Source: Synechococcus sp.
GTDB lineage: Bacteria; Cyanobacteriota; Cyanobacteriia; Thermostichales; PCC-7336
Direction of reading: 5' to 3'
Assembly (NCBI GenBank): GCA_051439605.1
Contig: JBFRWN010000082.1
Location: 1 to 64,000, forward strand
DNA: 64,000 nt
Below the pieces are notes generated by a model. The model saw nothing but the letters and a program-made list of their open reading frames with translations. It was not told the origin of the DNA and ran no database searches. The first letter of the stretch is position 1. Each line of letters starts with the position of its first letter. Shown here in pieces: positions 43,281-53,497 of this stretch. The position numbers were made by a program, and so were the translations under genes.

Positions 43281-44156
43281 ATGGCAACTTTAGCCCAACG
43301 CCGCTCGGAAAATGTCGCAGGTGAGTTCTATGTGGATAGCACTTGCATCGATTGCGATACCTGCCGCTGGATGGCTCCACAGGTGTTCGGTCGAGTGGGA
43401 GCGATGTCGGCGGTGGAGCATCAGCCCACAACTGAGTTGGAGAGAACCCAAGCCCTGCAAGCCTTGCTATCGTGTCCCACAGCCTCTATCGGAACCGTCA
43501 CTCCTCCAGCAGACATTCGCTCGGTCCAAGCCAGCTTCCCACTCAACATTGCCGCAAATGTTTATCACTGCGGCTATCACTCGGACCAGTCCTACGGCGC
43601 AAGCAGCTATCTGATTCAGCGTCCCGAAGGCAATATCTTAGTGGATTCCCCTCGCTTTACACCTCCGCTGGTGAAACAATTGGAGGCGATGGGTGGGATT
43701 CGTTACCTCTACCTCACCCATCGCGATGATGTCGCTGACCATCGGAAGTTTCACGATCGCTTTGGGTGCGATCGCATCTTGCATCGGGATGATGTGACGC
43801 CATCCACCCAAGGGGTGGAAATTCAGCTTGAAGGCAGCGATCCCCATACCTTGGCGGATGATTTGCTAGTGATTCCTGCCCCCGGTCACACGCAGGGTCA
43901 CACTGTATTGCTGTACGGTCGGACTTTTCTATTCACTGGAGATCATCTTGCGTACTCCGCTCGGCTGGGCCACCTCACCGGTTTCCGTAACTATTGTTGG
44001 TACTCGTGGCCCGAACAGGTGAGATCGATGGAACTTCTCTCGCACTATTCTTTTGAATGGATTCTGCCGGGACACGGACGGCGGTATCATGCGCAACCAA
44101 CCAAGATGAAGCAACACCTGCAGGATTGCATTATCTGGATGAAATCGGTGGCTTAG
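43281..44156 (+). CDS. Ferredoxin-domain MBL-fold metallo-hydrolase
   Basis: CIDCDTC...CP ferredoxin motif; LTHRDD, PGHTQG, FTGDH, LPGHG. Confidence 0.9.
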   Translation: MATLAQRRSENVAGEFYVDSTCIDCDTCRWMAPQVFGRVGAMSAVEHQPTTELERTQALQALLSCPTASIGTVTPPADIRSVQASFPLNIAANVYHCGYHSDQSYGASSYLIQRPEGNILVDSPRFTPPLVKQLEAMGGIRYLYLTHRDDVADHRKFHDRFGCDRILHRDDVTPSTQGVEIQLEGSDPHTLADDLLVIPAPGHTQGHTVLLYGRTFLFTGDHLAYSARLGHLTGFRNYCWYSWPEQVRSMELLSHYSFEWILPGHGRRYHAQPTKMKQHLQDCIIWMKSVA

Positions 44157-44214
44157 TCAGAGGTTCGAAAGACTCCATCCCCCAGTTTTCCGTTGACGGT
44201 GCTAGCGGCTTGCT

Positions 44215-44958
44215 TCACTCAGGCGCTGCATCGGATGGTACTGGCTCAATTTGCATTGACTGGGTGTCTAAGTCCAATTTCAGTTGACCAAAGTATTCCC
44301 GCCGATCTTGGTCAATTATCTCTGATTCAGATGACTCTGAGTCTCCTGACCCTGACTCTCTGGACTCTGACTCTCCGGACTCAACTCGTTCTGACTCACC
44401 TGGTACAGAAGCGGGGTTCGCTTCGCTGACTCGTAAAGGCGTGAGAGTAGCAGGCTGCCGCCACCCGTCATACAACACAATCGCCCCTGCATCGATCGCT
44501 GCGCGATCTCCGGTAATTTGCCATTTTGGCGACAGGATTTGCACTGGGCCAACCAAACTGGCCTTACCATCGCGCAACACCATGGCCTTTGCCAATACCT
44601 GTAGGTCGGTGGCTAACTGTACCTGCACCTCCCCTTCTAGCAAAAAGATTTCATTGCGGTGGTTGCCCTCCAATCTTTGGGCTTGAAACTGACGATTACC
44701 CACTATCAGCGCAGCATTGCCAACTAAGATACTTTGGCCACTAATGTTGTTATAGCTGCCGCGATCTCCCTGCAATTCCACCCCCCCCTGGCGAACTACA
44801 AAATTTCCTCGAGCTACGACTAAGGCTGAATTGTCGTCGTAATCGATCGTATCTGCCGCAATCGATACATCCCGCTGGGCGATCGTCGGACTCCCCAGCA
44901 GCCAGCAGCTAACAGCTAGCAGTCCCCCCCATCGTTTCCATCTCTGGGTTAACGTCAC
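44215..44958 (-). CDS. LptA/OstA-family exported protein
   Basis: Signal peptide, IAADTIDYD..VVARGNFVV beta-jellyroll-like repeats. Confidence 0.65.
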   Translation of the reverse strand: MTLTQRWKRWGGLLAVSCWLLGSPTIAQRDVSIAADTIDYDDNSALVVARGNFVVRQGGVELQGDRGSYNNISGQSILVGNAALIVGNRQFQAQRLEGNHRNEIFLLEGEVQVQLATDLQVLAKAMVLRDGKASLVGPVQILSPKWQITGDRAAIDAGAIVLYDGWRQPATLTPLRVSEANPASVPGESERVESGESESRESGSGDSESSESEIIDQDRREYFGQLKLDLDTQSMQIEPVPSDAAPE

Positions 44959-45021
44959 AGACCTTTCGCAAATAGCATTAGTTTGAGCTTAGCGCGACCA
45001 TTCAATTGCACAATAGATGTT

Positions 45022-45621
45022 ATGACTACACAGTTTGATTGGATCGACCTGCAAAAAGCTCTTCGCGGCACCAGTGTATATCTGGTGGGCATGATGGGGG
45101 CGGGCAAAACAACCATTGGCCGAGAACTGTCTTACCAGTTGGGCTATCGTTTCACCGACACAGACGCATTAATTGAGGCGGTAGCCCAGAAGTCCATTCC
45201 TGATATCTTTGCCCAACAGGGGGAGACAGAATTCCGCAATCTGGAATCTCAGGTTTTGCAGGAGCTAAGTCAGTATCCCCGGATGACAATCGCCACTGGA
45301 GGAGGAATTGTCTTACGCAAGACCAACTGGCGAGATCTGCGCAACGGTATTGTAGTGTGGCTAGATGTACCTCCGGAGATCTTGGTGGAACGGCTACAGG
45401 CAGACGATACCACGCGCCCGTTGCTGGCCACAGCCGATCCTGTGGCCACCCTGAATAAGCTGTTGGATCGGCGGCGTTCGCTCTATGCCCTGGCAGATAT
45501 CTGCGTTCGTTGCGAGCGACAAACCCCCGCAGAACTTTTACCCCAATTGGGCTATCAAATTCTTAAACAACTGCAGGTTAATCCCCCCGATTCGGCTAAG
45601 GTGCGTCCAGCAGAGTCCTAA
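45022..45621 (+). CDS. aroK: Shikimate kinase
   Basis: LVGMMGAGKTTIG, DTD, GETEFR, ATGGG, RPLL. Confidence 0.96.
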   Translation: MTTQFDWIDLQKALRGTSVYLVGMMGAGKTTIGRELSYQLGYRFTDTDALIEAVAQKSIPDIFAQQGETEFRNLESQVLQELSQYPRMTIATGGGIVLRKTNWRDLRNGIVVWLDVPPEILVERLQADDTTRPLLATADPVATLNKLLDRRRSLYALADICVRCERQTPAELLPQLGYQILKQLQVNPPDSAKVRPAES

Positions 45622-46360
45622 CCTCCGCGAGGCGATCTTGGTATTCCAACTGACTCGGGTTCAAAGTCACCGCTACCTCAAAACTTTGGGCAGCCCCCTG
45701 CAGGTCTCCACTGGCCAACAGCCGCAGCCCGTTGTTGTATTTCAGCACCGCCCGCTCCTGAAATACCTCGACAAATTCAGCGTAGATATTGGGATAATCT
45801 CGGCGAATGCGCTCGGCCTCCCGCTTAGAGGTGAAATTATCGGCAGAGGCGCGAAACTGTCGCAGCGCAATCCATCCTTCTATATCTTCAAAAAATTGCA
45901 GATTGCTGTCCCGTTGCAACTGGATCGCCTCTTGGGAATCTAGCGTGGCAGATAGATAATTCACCAGCCACTTGACCGTTTGACCCAGGCTACGGGCGCG
46001 AGCATATTCCCGGTTTTCAATGAACTGCCGTGCAAGATCCACCGGAACGGCACTTTGGAGATCTAAGGCGAGTTCCTTGCCCTCTTCCTTCAAACGAACG
46101 TCCAACGCCTGTTCTGCAGCTGACGATCTGAGCTGATTTCTTAAGGACTCAGCCTCCTGAAGTGCATCCCCCACTGGCGTGAGGTCTTCGGCAGTCAGAG
46201 CATCATCCAGCTGCTGCACGATCGTATTCACCCGTCTCAATTCAGCAAAATCACCCGCCACTCTGGCGGCAGCTAAAAGCGTCACCGTTAAGGCACCCAC
46301 CGTTATCACCACCATGCCCGCCTGTTGAGGGGTTGGTTTCCAACGGTTCAGCAATTCCAT
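45596..46360 (-). CDS. Hypothetical membrane-anchored helical protein with C-terminal TPR
   Basis: N-terminal TM; YNNGLRLLASGDLQGAAQSFEVAVTLNP TPR-like motif. Confidence 0.7.
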   Translation of the reverse strand: MELLNRWKPTPQQAGMVVITVGALTVTLLAAARVAGDFAELRRVNTIVQQLDDALTAEDLTPVGDALQEAESLRNQLRSSAAEQALDVRLKEEGKELALDLQSAVPVDLARQFIENREYARARSLGQTVKWLVNYLSATLDSQEAIQLQRDSNLQFFEDIEGWIALRQFRASADNFTSKREAERIRRDYPNIYAEFVEVFQERAVLKYNNGLRLLASGDLQGAAQSFEVAVTLNPSQLEYQDRLAEVRTLLDAP

Positions 46361-46493
46361 CGTTCTGTGGGAAGGGCAATAGGCTAAGCTTAGCCCTGTG
46401 TGATGGCGATCGCGAATGTGGCTAGTGGGCCATCATCACCTGTCTCTACCCCCTCCTGTTTTGACTGTTCTGCATTTTTTTGGGGCCAAGCTT

Positions 46494-46952
46494 ATGACTT
46501 CGGAAGTTGTGACCGATGCTGCCTACGGCCTTATTCCTATTTGCCGCGATGCTACGGGTCTTCGCTTTCTGCTGATCTTGCACAGTAAAGGTCATTGGGG
46601 ATTTCCAAAAGGGCATAAAGATCCTGGAGAAAGCGACCTCGAAGCAGCCTGCAGAGAATTCGTGGAAGAGACAGGGCTGAGCTCTTACGAGATAGTCGAC
46701 CCCGCAGTTGAATTTTCCGAATCGTATTCCTTCATCAAGAAATCGGGGAAGCGAGTCGAAAAAACGGTGAAGTATTTTTTAGCGATCGTGCCCTCAACCA
46801 CTGGAAAATGTCCTGCAGTTACGGTGCAGCCAGAAGAAGTTGCAGATTATCGTTGGTGTTTGGCATCAGAAGCCGAAGGCACTTTCACATTTAACGCCGT
46901 CCGTGGCGTACTCAAAGACTGCCTAGCCTACTTAGAGCACCATCCCCTGTGA
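46494..46952 (+). CDS. Nudix hydrolase (Ap4A hydrolase-like)
   Basis: HWGFPKGHKDPGESDLEAACREFVEETGL Nudix box; KTVKYFLA. Confidence 0.9.
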   Translation: MTSEVVTDAAYGLIPICRDATGLRFLLILHSKGHWGFPKGHKDPGESDLEAACREFVEETGLSSYEIVDPAVEFSESYSFIKKSGKRVEKTVKYFLAIVPSTTGKCPAVTVQPEEVADYRWCLASEAEGTFTFNAVRGVLKDCLAYLEHHPL

Positions 46953-47267
46953 TCCTGGGTGGATCCACAGGCTGCCAGCAGCACCCATTATTTTGTGTTT
47001 TGACCCACCCAATAATCACTCCGATCGCGAATCCCTCACAATCTCGGTTGCCTTCTCCAAATAAAAGCGATAGCATTGTCGCAGAATTCACTAAATACAG
47101 TGAATTGAGCAACTGAATAGGTTTAAGAATGGGCTTGAGAGGGGTTGGTAATGCATCAGCACTCGCGTCTTCACCGTTAAGTCTTTCGAAGAGTCGTCAT
47201 CCCCCGATCCACGACCCACTGCTACAAGCCCCCAACACAATCCCTAATCGTAACCAGGAGTCCCGCT

Positions 47268-48374
47268 ATGCCCCGCAGCACCGGACAATCCACAAAAAAC
47301 ACCTCCACCAGTAGTAACGAAGATGCTGCCAAGAAAAAAGCATTGGACGGAGTCCTGAGCCAAATAGAGCGCAACTTTGGTAAAGGTGCCATCATGCGTT
47401 TGGGGGAAGCCTCCCGCATGGAGGTAGCGAAGGTTTCCTCAGGGGCACTAACCTTAGATCTGGCCTTGGGGGGCGGTCTACCCAAAGGGCGCGTGATTGA
47501 AATTTATGGCCCCGAGTCTTCCGGTAAAACAACGCTAGCGCTGCATGCTGTTGCAGAAGTGCAGCGTCAGGGCGGAACCGCAGCAGTCGTCGATGCTGAA
47601 CATGCCCTCGACCCCATTTACGCTGCGGCGTTGGGGGTCAATGTCGATGAGTTGTTGGTGGCGCAACCAGATACAGGTGAGGCGGGTTTAGAAATTGTCG
47701 ACCAGCTGGTGCGATCGGCGGCTGTTGACATTGTAGTAATTGACTCGGTGGCTGCCCTCGTCCCACGCGCCGAAATTGAGGGGGAAATGGGGGATGCCCA
47801 CGTGGGGCTGCAAGCCCGCCTCATGAGTCAAGCCCTGCGCAAAATCACTGGCAGCATTGCCAAAACTGGCTGCACGGTCGTTTTTCTCAATCAACTGCGC
47901 TCCAAGATCGGCGGTATGGGGTACGGACCGCAGGAAACCACAACGGGGGGTAATGCTCTCAAGTTCTATGCCTCTGTTCGCCTCGATATTCGTCGCATTC
48001 AAACCCTGAAAAAAGGGACTGAGGAATACGGTATCCGGGCTAGGGTGAAGGTGGCCAAAAACAAGGTTGCCCCTCCTTTTCGGCGAGCAGAATTTGATAT
48101 CTTGTTTGGCCAGGGTATCTCCAACCTGGGTTGTTTAATTGACCTCGCAGAAGAAGCCAAGCTAATTCAGCGGAAAGGCTCTTGGTACAGCTACCGCGAG
48201 GAAAATATTGCCCAGGGCCGAGATAACGCGATCGCCTATCTGGCCGACCACGAAGACGTCAAAGAAGCTTTGGAGCAACAGCTGAAATTAGAACTGGCCG
48301 CCGGGACAGAAGTTTCCGCAAACTCGGTCGCTCCCTCAACAAGTGATGCTAAGCCAACTGATGAAAAGGAATGA
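47268..48374 (+). CDS. recA: Recombinase RecA
   Basis: [51 protein letters not shown]. Confidence 0.99.
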   Translation: MPRSTGQSTKNTSTSSNEDAAKKKALDGVLSQIERNFGKGAIMRLGEASRMEVAKVSSGALTLDLALGGGLPKGRVIEIYGPESSGKTTLALHAVAEVQRQGGTAAVVDAEHALDPIYAAALGVNVDELLVAQPDTGEAGLEIVDQLVRSAAVDIVVIDSVAALVPRAEIEGEMGDAHVGLQARLMSQALRKITGSIAKTGCTVVFLNQLRSKIGGMGYGPQETTTGGNALKFYASVRLDIRRIQTLKKGTEEYGIRARVKVAKNKVAPPFRRAEFDILFGQGISNLGCLIDLAEEAKLIQRKGSWYSYREENIAQGRDNAIAYLADHEDVKEALEQQLKLELAAGTEVSANSVAPSTSDAKPTDEKE

Positions 48375-48411
48375 GTTGATGTTGATTGCCGGTTATAGTC
48401 TTTGACATTTT

Positions 48412-49007
48412 ACGGCTTATGTGGATTGTAGTAGTGCCAGGAAAGTATTGAGGGGGAACCTCACAATAAAGGTAACCACCCAATCTGGAGGCCCCATGAA
48501 CATGGTAGATGTTCCCACCCTCCTGACCATCATCTTTGTTCTGGTGGACGATTGGTATCAAGAGTTTGGCTATCTGTTTGTTCCACCGATGCCTGGCCCC
48601 AAAATCAGCTTCAGTGATAGCGAGATGTTGACCTTGCTGCTGGCAATGGATTACTTCCCTTATCCAGGGGAGAGTCAATTTCTCGGATTCATCCGGGCCA
48701 ACTACTTGCACTTGTTTCCCAAGCTGCTGGACCAAAGTCAGTTTAATTGCCGTGCCCGCCGTCTAGAAGGGCTTCTGGAGGACTTACGACGCTTCTGGGT
48801 CCAACAGATGGGGTATCACTTTGAGCGGACGCTGGTGATGGATACCAAGCCTATTCCTTAGGAAAAAGGTTTCAGGACTCTGTACTCACGTGGCTGCAAA
48901 CATGGACAGCCACACGCTGAGAATTCTAATGCGTCAGCGTTTTAGAATTGATGTACTCACCTTTGAGCAAACCCTCAACCAAACGGTTTAGAACTCACAT
49001 AAGACGC
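48412..49007 (+). mobile_element. Internally deleted IS982-family-like element
   Basis: Transposase N-terminus (IFVLVDDWY, FSDSEMLTL, FPKLLDQSQFN, MDTKPIP stop) joined to a C-terminal remnant; imperfect terminal IRs ACGGCTTATGTG / CACATAAGACGC. Confidence 0.78.
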
Positions 49008-49024
49008 TTTATATTTTAGATTTG

Positions 49025-50575
49025 TCAATGCAGGAAATGGCGAATTCCGGTACAAACCATGGGAATACCTGCCGCATTTGCTGCATCCACTGACTCGCTA
49101 TCCCGAATACTGCCACCCGGCTGTATCACCGCCGCAATTCCCGCCGCCGCCGCATTGGTAACGCTATCCCCAAAAGGAAAGAACCCATCGCTAGCCAACA
49201 CAGCCCCCTGTACGGCATCCCCCGCCTGCTCCAAAGCAATCTTGGCAGCACCAACTCGGTTCATTTGGCCAGCCCCAATGCCCAACGTTCGTCCATCCTT
49301 TGCCACCACGATCGCATTCGACTTGACGAACTTGCAGACCTTCCAAGCAAACGTGAGGTCGCGCAGTTGTTCGTCACTCGGCTGCGTTTTCGTCACCACT
49401 GTCCAGCTGTCTGGGTCAGCTGGTTGCGAGTCCGCATCTTGGACTAGATAGCCGCCCGCGATCGCCCTCACTGTCTTCGCAGGACCACTAACCAAATCGG
49501 GCAGCACCAATACCCGCAAATTCTTTTTGCCTTGCAGGATCTTCGCAGCATCTTCATCGCAGCCAGGAGCCACCACGCATTCCAAGAAAATCTCCGTCAG
49601 CGCCTTTGCGGTCGGAGCATCAATGGGGCGATTCATGGCGACAATGCCGCCAAAAGCTGACACCGGATCGCCTGCCAGCGCTGCTCTGTAGGCTTCCTCT
49701 AGGCTGTCATCCAGTGCCATGCCGCAAGGATTGGTGTGTTTCAAAATTGCCACGCAAGCCTGCGGCTCGTTCGCGAACTCAGCGGCGATCGCTCTGGCTG
49801 CTTCTAGGTCCACCAAGTTGTTGTAGCTCAGATCCTTACCCTGCAATTTTTCAGCCCCCTGCCACCCGACAGGATTGCGGGTATCGCGGTACCATACCGC
49901 CTGTTGCTGGGGGTTCTCGCCATAGCGCAGTGTTTGTTGGGGGACCCCCTGAATCAGGAGGGGGGCATCCCGAAGTTCGGAGTCGCCCACTGTTTGACCA
50001 GCTAGATAGGTGGAAATAGCGAAATCGTAGCTGAGGACGCGATCGAAGGCAGCACGGGAGCATTGGAAGCGGAAAGACTCGCTGGCGCTACCGTTGGCGG
50101 CAATCTCTTCCAGATAGCTGCCGTACTGTTCGGGACTGGTCAGGATGGTGACGTGAGCGAAATTTTTTGCAGCTGCGCGCACCAAGGTGGGGCCGCCAAT
50201 ATCGATCTGTTCGATCGCCTGCGCCAGGGTTGCCCCCTCCCTCGCCACCGTGGCTTCAAACGGATAGAGGTTGCAGGCCACGACTTCAATGGGGGGAATA
50301 TTTTCTGCTTCTAGATCGGCGCGATCGGTCTCTAAAGAGGGGCGACCCAAGATGCCGCCGTGGACGCGGGGGTGCAGGGTTTTGACGCGACCCCCTAAAA
50401 TTTCGGGGGCACCGGTGTGGGCAGAAACTTTGGTTACGGGGATACCGGCATCCAGTAAAGTCTTGGCGGTGCCACCACTACTAATGATGTCGAATCCGTG
50501 GGTTTCAACCAGCGCTTTTGCCAATTCGACAATACCAGTTTTATCGGAAACGCTAAGGAGTGCTAGCCGTGCCAT
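49025..50575 (-). CDS. purH: Bifunctional AICAR transformylase/IMP cyclohydrolase
   Basis: ALLSVSDK, GRVKTLHP, IDIGGP, LRYGENP, KHTNPCG, ASDGFFPF. Confidence 0.98.
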   Translation of the reverse strand: MARLALLSVSDKTGIVELAKALVETHGFDIISSGGTAKTLLDAGIPVTKVSAHTGAPEILGGRVKTLHPRVHGGILGRPSLETDRADLEAENIPPIEVVACNLYPFEATVAREGATLAQAIEQIDIGGPTLVRAAAKNFAHVTILTSPEQYGSYLEEIAANGSASESFRFQCSRAAFDRVLSYDFAISTYLAGQTVGDSELRDAPLLIQGVPQQTLRYGENPQQQAVWYRDTRNPVGWQGAEKLQGKDLSYNNLVDLEAARAIAAEFANEPQACVAILKHTNPCGMALDDSLEEAYRAALAGDPVSAFGGIVAMNRPIDAPTAKALTEIFLECVVAPGCDEDAAKILQGKKNLRVLVLPDLVSGPAKTVRAIAGGYLVQDADSQPADPDSWTVVTKTQPSDEQLRDLTFAWKVCKFVKSNAIVVAKDGRTLGIGAGQMNRVGAAKIALEQAGDAVQGAVLASDGFFPFGDSVTNAAAAGIAAVIQPGGSIRDSESVDAANAAGIPMVCTGIRHFLH

Positions 50576-50888
50576 GACGCCAGTAACCAGTGAGGGTGTA
50601 AAAGTGCCCTGCTATTGTGCGCCACGATTGGTCCGACCACAAGCATGGCCTCCTCACAAGCCAAAGTCTTTGTTTAGAGCCCTCAGCAATATTTTCCTGG
50701 CAAGTAGCCTGGGAATTCCCTATGGCTTTTTAAGTTAAAACTCATGTCCGATCTGGAAGAGACTTCTAGGATGTTGAACAAAGCCGTTCCCTAGTTTGTA
50801 CAGCAATAAGCTGCAAAACTGTTGTGATATCGCTGCTGGGGAAATCTTGGGACAGCCTGCATCAGCGGGCGATAAGTTTAAATGGCAA

Positions 50889-50945
50889 TTCAACAAGGTC
50901 TACTTCAACACCAGCTGATTTCAACACCAGCTGATTTCAACAAGG
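50889..50945 (+). repeat. 16-bp tandem repeat in the 5' UTR of the oxidoreductase gene
   Basis: TTCAACACCAGCTGAT x2 (50904-50935) flanked by TTCAACAAGG copies at 50889 and 50936. Confidence 0.85.
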
Positions 50946-50955
50946 ATGGTGAATT

Positions 50956-52413
50956 GTGGCAATTGACTACGACATTGTGATTATCGGTGGGGGGTCCGGT
51001 GGCTTAGTGGTTGCCAGCGCTGCTGCTCAACTCAAGGCCAAAGTTGCTCTAGTAGAAAAAGAGCGCGATCGTCTGGGGGGAGACTGTCTCTACTACGGCT
51101 GCGTCCCCAGTAAGTCCCTGATTCACGCGGGCGAAGTGGCCCATGCTGTCAAGACAGGGGATTTAGTCGGCGTCAACAGCAGCGAGCCCCACATCGAATT
51201 TGCCCGTGCCACTGGTCACGTCCAAAGCGTGATTAAAACCATCGCCGTGCACGACTCCACTGAACGGTTTGAGAGCTTGGGGGTGGAGGTGATTTACGGC
51301 AGCGGAAAGTTTAAAGATCGAGACACCTTTGTCGTCAACGGCCACGAACTTAAATCCCGCACCTTTGTTATCTCTACTGGTTCTCACCCTGTAGCGCCTC
51401 CTGTTCCTGGTTTAGAGGAAGCTGGCTACCTAACTAACATCGAAGTGTTCTCGTTGGTCAACCGCCCTAAGTCTCTAGTGGTGGTTGGAGCTGGTCCCAT
51501 CGGGTGTGAGCTGGGGCAATCCTTTGCCAGATTGGGTTCCGAGGTGACTATCCTCTCCAGCCGCGACGTCATTATGCCAAAGGAAGACGTTGAGCTTGCC
51601 CAAGTGGTGCAAGATCGGATGGCGAAGGAAGGTATCAAAATCCTGAATCGCGCTCGCTTAGAAAAAGTAGAAGTCCACAACGGCAAAAAGATTGTTTATG
51701 CCGGTGGTCACCGCATTGAAACAGACGAAATTTTAGTTTCAGCCGGCCGCAAGCCTAATGTAAACGGGTTGAATCTGAACGCGGCTGGTGTTCAGGTCGG
51801 TAAACAAGGGGTCGTAGTTAACGACCAACTACAAACCACCAACCCGAAGATCTATGCCTGCGGCGACGTGATTGGAGGCTATCTGTTCACCCACATGGCT
51901 GCCTACGAAGCCAGCGTCGTGATAACGAATATTCTGGCCCGCCCCTTCAGCCTCTTTTTGTCCCTCAAAGCTTTTAAAGCGACCTACTCTGTCGTGCCTT
52001 GGGCAACCTTCACCGATCCCGAACTGGCTCGGGTAGGGATGACTGAAGCGGAGGCCCGCCAGAAATATGGAGATGAGATCGTCGTAGTCACCCACCAATA
52101 TGCGGATGTCGATCGCGCTTTAGCAGAGGGGGCTGGCTACGGCTTTGCCAAAGTGATTTGCACCCCTAAAGGCAAGATTTTAGGTGCCCATATTGTGGGT
52201 AAATCTGCTGGAGAATTGATTCACGAATACGTCATGGCAGTTACCTACGGTTTAGACATTAACAAGGTGAGCGGGATGATTCACGTCTATCCCACTCTGT
52301 CGGAAATCAACGCCAAAGTTGCCCTGCAAGTGAAGAAGATGAGCTACGCCAAAAATACCGGCCTGCAGAACTTCTTAAAGAAATACTTTGCCTTTCGCCG
52401 CTCCATCGCCTAA
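50956..52413 (+). CDS. Pyridine nucleotide-disulfide oxidoreductase (MerA/LpdA-like)
   Basis: IIGGGSGG, GGDCLYYGCVPSK, VGAGPIG, ACGDV, HVYPT; no C-terminal CC pair. Confidence 0.9.
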   Translation: MAIDYDIVIIGGGSGGLVVASAAAQLKAKVALVEKERDRLGGDCLYYGCVPSKSLIHAGEVAHAVKTGDLVGVNSSEPHIEFARATGHVQSVIKTIAVHDSTERFESLGVEVIYGSGKFKDRDTFVVNGHELKSRTFVISTGSHPVAPPVPGLEEAGYLTNIEVFSLVNRPKSLVVVGAGPIGCELGQSFARLGSEVTILSSRDVIMPKEDVELAQVVQDRMAKEGIKILNRARLEKVEVHNGKKIVYAGGHRIETDEILVSAGRKPNVNGLNLNAAGVQVGKQGVVVNDQLQTTNPKIYACGDVIGGYLFTHMAAYEASVVITNILARPFSLFLSLKAFKATYSVVPWATFTDPELARVGMTEAEARQKYGDEIVVVTHQYADVDRALAEGAGYGFAKVICTPKGKILGAHIVGKSAGELIHEYVMAVTYGLDINKVSGMIHVYPTLSEINAKVALQVKKMSYAKNTGLQNFLKKYFAFRRSIA

Positions 52414-52457
52414 ATCGAGCAATCTAGATCGGACAATCATTTTGCAAGTATCGGGTA

Positions 52458-53378
52458 TTGGAAGTTTTGATTCACTCGGAATTGGGGGATCGTATTACGC
52501 AATCGGTGGCGATCGGCATCATGGGGGGCAGCGGTCTTTACCAAATGGCGGAGTTGAAAGACGCGGAAGAGGTCTCCATCTCTACTCCCTTCGGAGACCC
52601 GTCAGACAGCTTTCGTATCGGCAGCCTCAATGGTGTAAGGGTGGCGTTTCTCGCTCGACACGGCCGTACCCACAGCCTCTTACCCACCGAAATCCCCTTT
52701 CGGGCCAATATCTACGCCCTCAAAACCTTGGGCGTGAAGTACTTGGTGTCTGCCTCCGCTGTAGGCTCTCTCCAGGCAGAAGTCGCACCGCTGGATATGG
52801 CGATCCCCGACCAGTTCATCGATCGCACCCGCCATCGAGACGATACCTTTTTCGGGGACGGAATTGTGGGTCACATCAGCTTTGCAAATCCAGTGTGCAG
52901 CCAGCTCGCCGATGTCCTCGCTGCATCTGCCAAAGCCGCTGCTCCCGAAACCATCCGGGTGCATCGCGGAGGCACCTACGTTTGTATCGAAGGTCCAGCA
53001 TTTTCCACCTTGGCTGAATCGTTGCTGTATAAGAGCTGGAATGCAGATGTCATTGGTATGACGAATTTAACCGAGGCAAAGCTGGCCCGCGAGGCAGAAA
53101 TCGCCTACGCCACCCTGGCACTGGTAACCGACTACGACTGCTGGCAAACCGATCGGGAAGCCGTTTCTGTCGAGATGGTGATTGACAATTTGCACAAGAA
53201 CGCGGCTCACGCTCAAACAGTGCTGCGGGAGGTGGTGCAGCGGTTGGGAGATAACCCCTTTGTGTCCGAGGCTCACGATGCACTTAAATTTTCGATTTTG
53301 ACAGATTTATCAACGGTCAATGCGGAGCATCTGGCCAGGTTAGATGCCATTTTGGGGAAGTATTCGCCTGCAGCATAG
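52458..53378 (+). CDS. mtnP: S-methyl-5'-thioadenosine phosphorylase
   Basis: [39 protein letters not shown]; start uncertain. Confidence 0.95.
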   Translation: MEVLIHSELGDRITQSVAIGIMGGSGLYQMAELKDAEEVSISTPFGDPSDSFRIGSLNGVRVAFLARHGRTHSLLPTEIPFRANIYALKTLGVKYLVSASAVGSLQAEVAPLDMAIPDQFIDRTRHRDDTFFGDGIVGHISFANPVCSQLADVLAASAKAAAPETIRVHRGGTYVCIEGPAFSTLAESLLYKSWNADVIGMTNLTEAKLAREAEIAYATLALVTDYDCWQTDREAVSVEMVIDNLHKNAAHAQTVLREVVQRLGDNPFVSEAHDALKFSILTDLSTVNAEHLARLDAILGKYSPAA

Positions 53379-53497
53379 ATTCGATCTGGAGATCGATGGA
53401 CTTGTCATGCCTCCCAAAAATTCAAACAAAAAAACTGCAGCTAAGTTGGCTCTACTGCAGTTCGTTCCTTCAATTGAGGTGGAGCAAATGGAATTGC

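Noticed and set aside
50889..50945. CRISPR-like array
   Set aside because: Units are 16 bp with no unique spacers, and no cas genes lie in the window.
50956..52413. Calling this gene merA
   Set aside because: Lacks the C-terminal Cys-Cys pair and any mer operon context.
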